In this document: positions 63,036-64,000 of the stretch, piece by piece
Layout: each line of letters begins with the position of its first letter
How positions within the stretch are numbered: position 1 is the stretch's first letter
DNA from: Entomortierella parvispora E1425
Taxonomy: Eukaryota; Fungi; Mortierellomycota
Reading direction: 5' to 3'
NCBI GenBank assembly: GCA_020891255.1
Contig: BQFW01000008.1
Coordinates: 1,054,001-1,118,000 of the forward strand
Length of the DNA stretch: 64,000 nucleotides
The notes under the pieces: generated by a model
Told to the model about the DNA's origin: nothing
What the model saw: only the letters and a program-made list of their open reading frames with translations
Databases searched by the model: none
Program-made: the position numbers and the translations under genes

Positions 63036-64000
63036 GACGATGGACTGCAATGCTTCGACAATACAGTGAAAATCGTGAGAGAAAAGGCCAGGCGATGATG
63101 AAGGGAGAGAGAGGTTACGGACTGGACCCTGCCAGGAGAGTAGCTTTTGTTCAGGTGAAAGGGGTCGAGAGCAGGGTGGCTGAACGTAGGGATTGAAAGT
63201 AAAGGAGCGTTAGGCTGTGAACCACTTTTTTACAGTCGACAGGTTGGGAGGAGATTAATGAAGTGGACAATTGGGACAAGATCAAAGAGGACGTTTAAAC
63301 AAGGAGGAAAAGGGCCTCTGGGAAACGAGGGGGGGCAAAGTGGAAGGAAGAAAGATGGAAAGAAGGAGAGAAAGAGGCGAGGGACGGTAAGTTGATGTTT
63401 GCTCTTGTGCGTGCCCCCGTTCGCTGGCACGCCCCAGCCAGGGCACACAAGGATCTCACTAGCATCGGACCCATGTCTCTTCTTTAAGAGCATTATGGTG
63501 CATGCAGTATGTAATAGACTGAGGAGCGAATGAACGGACGAACAAGGTCCCTGGCCATCGATTGATTGTTGACCCGAGTCTCCCCCCTGCTTGTGTCTTC
63601 GACTTGGACTGAGCTCAACTGCTCACCCTCCCCTGCTCCCTGCTCCCTTGTTTTGAACCAACTCAGCGAAAAAGGTTTTCATTTCTTTTTCAGCCAACAG
63701 TCCACCGTCCAGTCGGGGGAGGACACTCCTTTATTACATACATGACGATACAACGGCCGACTCTGTGCTCTCAAGTCAAATCTGTCAGCCTCTGGCTGCG
63801 TCTGAATGTGTCTGAGAAGATGGGAAGACGGAGGGCGCTCACTTTCCTCGCTCCTTCAGGATCTGATCTGCAAACAGAAATGAAATTGCTATGAAATCAA
63901 AGTGCAGTGCAGCGCATCGGCGTAGTGGTGAAATAAAAAGGGTCTATCAAGAAGACGAAACAATTGCAGACCTCTGGCCATGCGAACGAAAGGGCTCTTT

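Overview
Eukaryotic genomic DNA from an intron-rich early-diverging fungus, most likely Mortierellaceae. The taxon is inferred from short GT-AG introns with CTAAC-type branch points, poly-Q/N proteins, and genes shared with animals such as FANCI, a TRAF7-like ligase and CSL. I can reconstruct about 24 spliced protein-coding genes and one tRNA-Glu(CTC). In order: RPS4, an F-box protein, an LRRC58-like LRR protein, Zds1-like, eIF3k, a TLC-domain protein, a divergent RPS27 paralog, THYN1/EVE, tRNA-Glu, ornithine decarboxylase antizyme, a PHOSPHO2-like HAD phosphatase, WDR5/Swd3, a TRAF7-like RING-TRAF-WD40 ligase, a single-pass membrane protein, peroxisomal ANT1/PMP34, FANCI, a bHLH factor, a ~7.7 kb gene-poor interval, an UNC-93-like transporter, a WW-domain prion-like protein, a CSL/RBP-J factor, an unknown low-complexity protein, ELP6, ANKRD39, a small APC13-like gene missed by the ORF track, and an arrestin. 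No transposon, CRISPR array or rRNA is supported. The most notable observations are: (1) antizyme with a +1 frameshift site CCC-UGA-C and a perfect 11-bp stem-loop 27 nt downstream; (2) four YGTGRGAA CSL-consensus sites clustered upstream of the CSL gene itself; (3) a TRAF7-like gene whose RING-proximal exon has no AUG but has an in-frame CUG in strong context; (4) ANKRD39 and the APC13-like gene in the same frame, separated by one UGA and 28 sense codons; (5) FANCI keeping its ubiquitination lysine but lacking the SQ phospho-cluster; (6) a putatively acylated WW protein with TYIDNN repeats; (7) a GC-AG intron in ELP6. All gene models and identities were assembled by eye; no database search was run.
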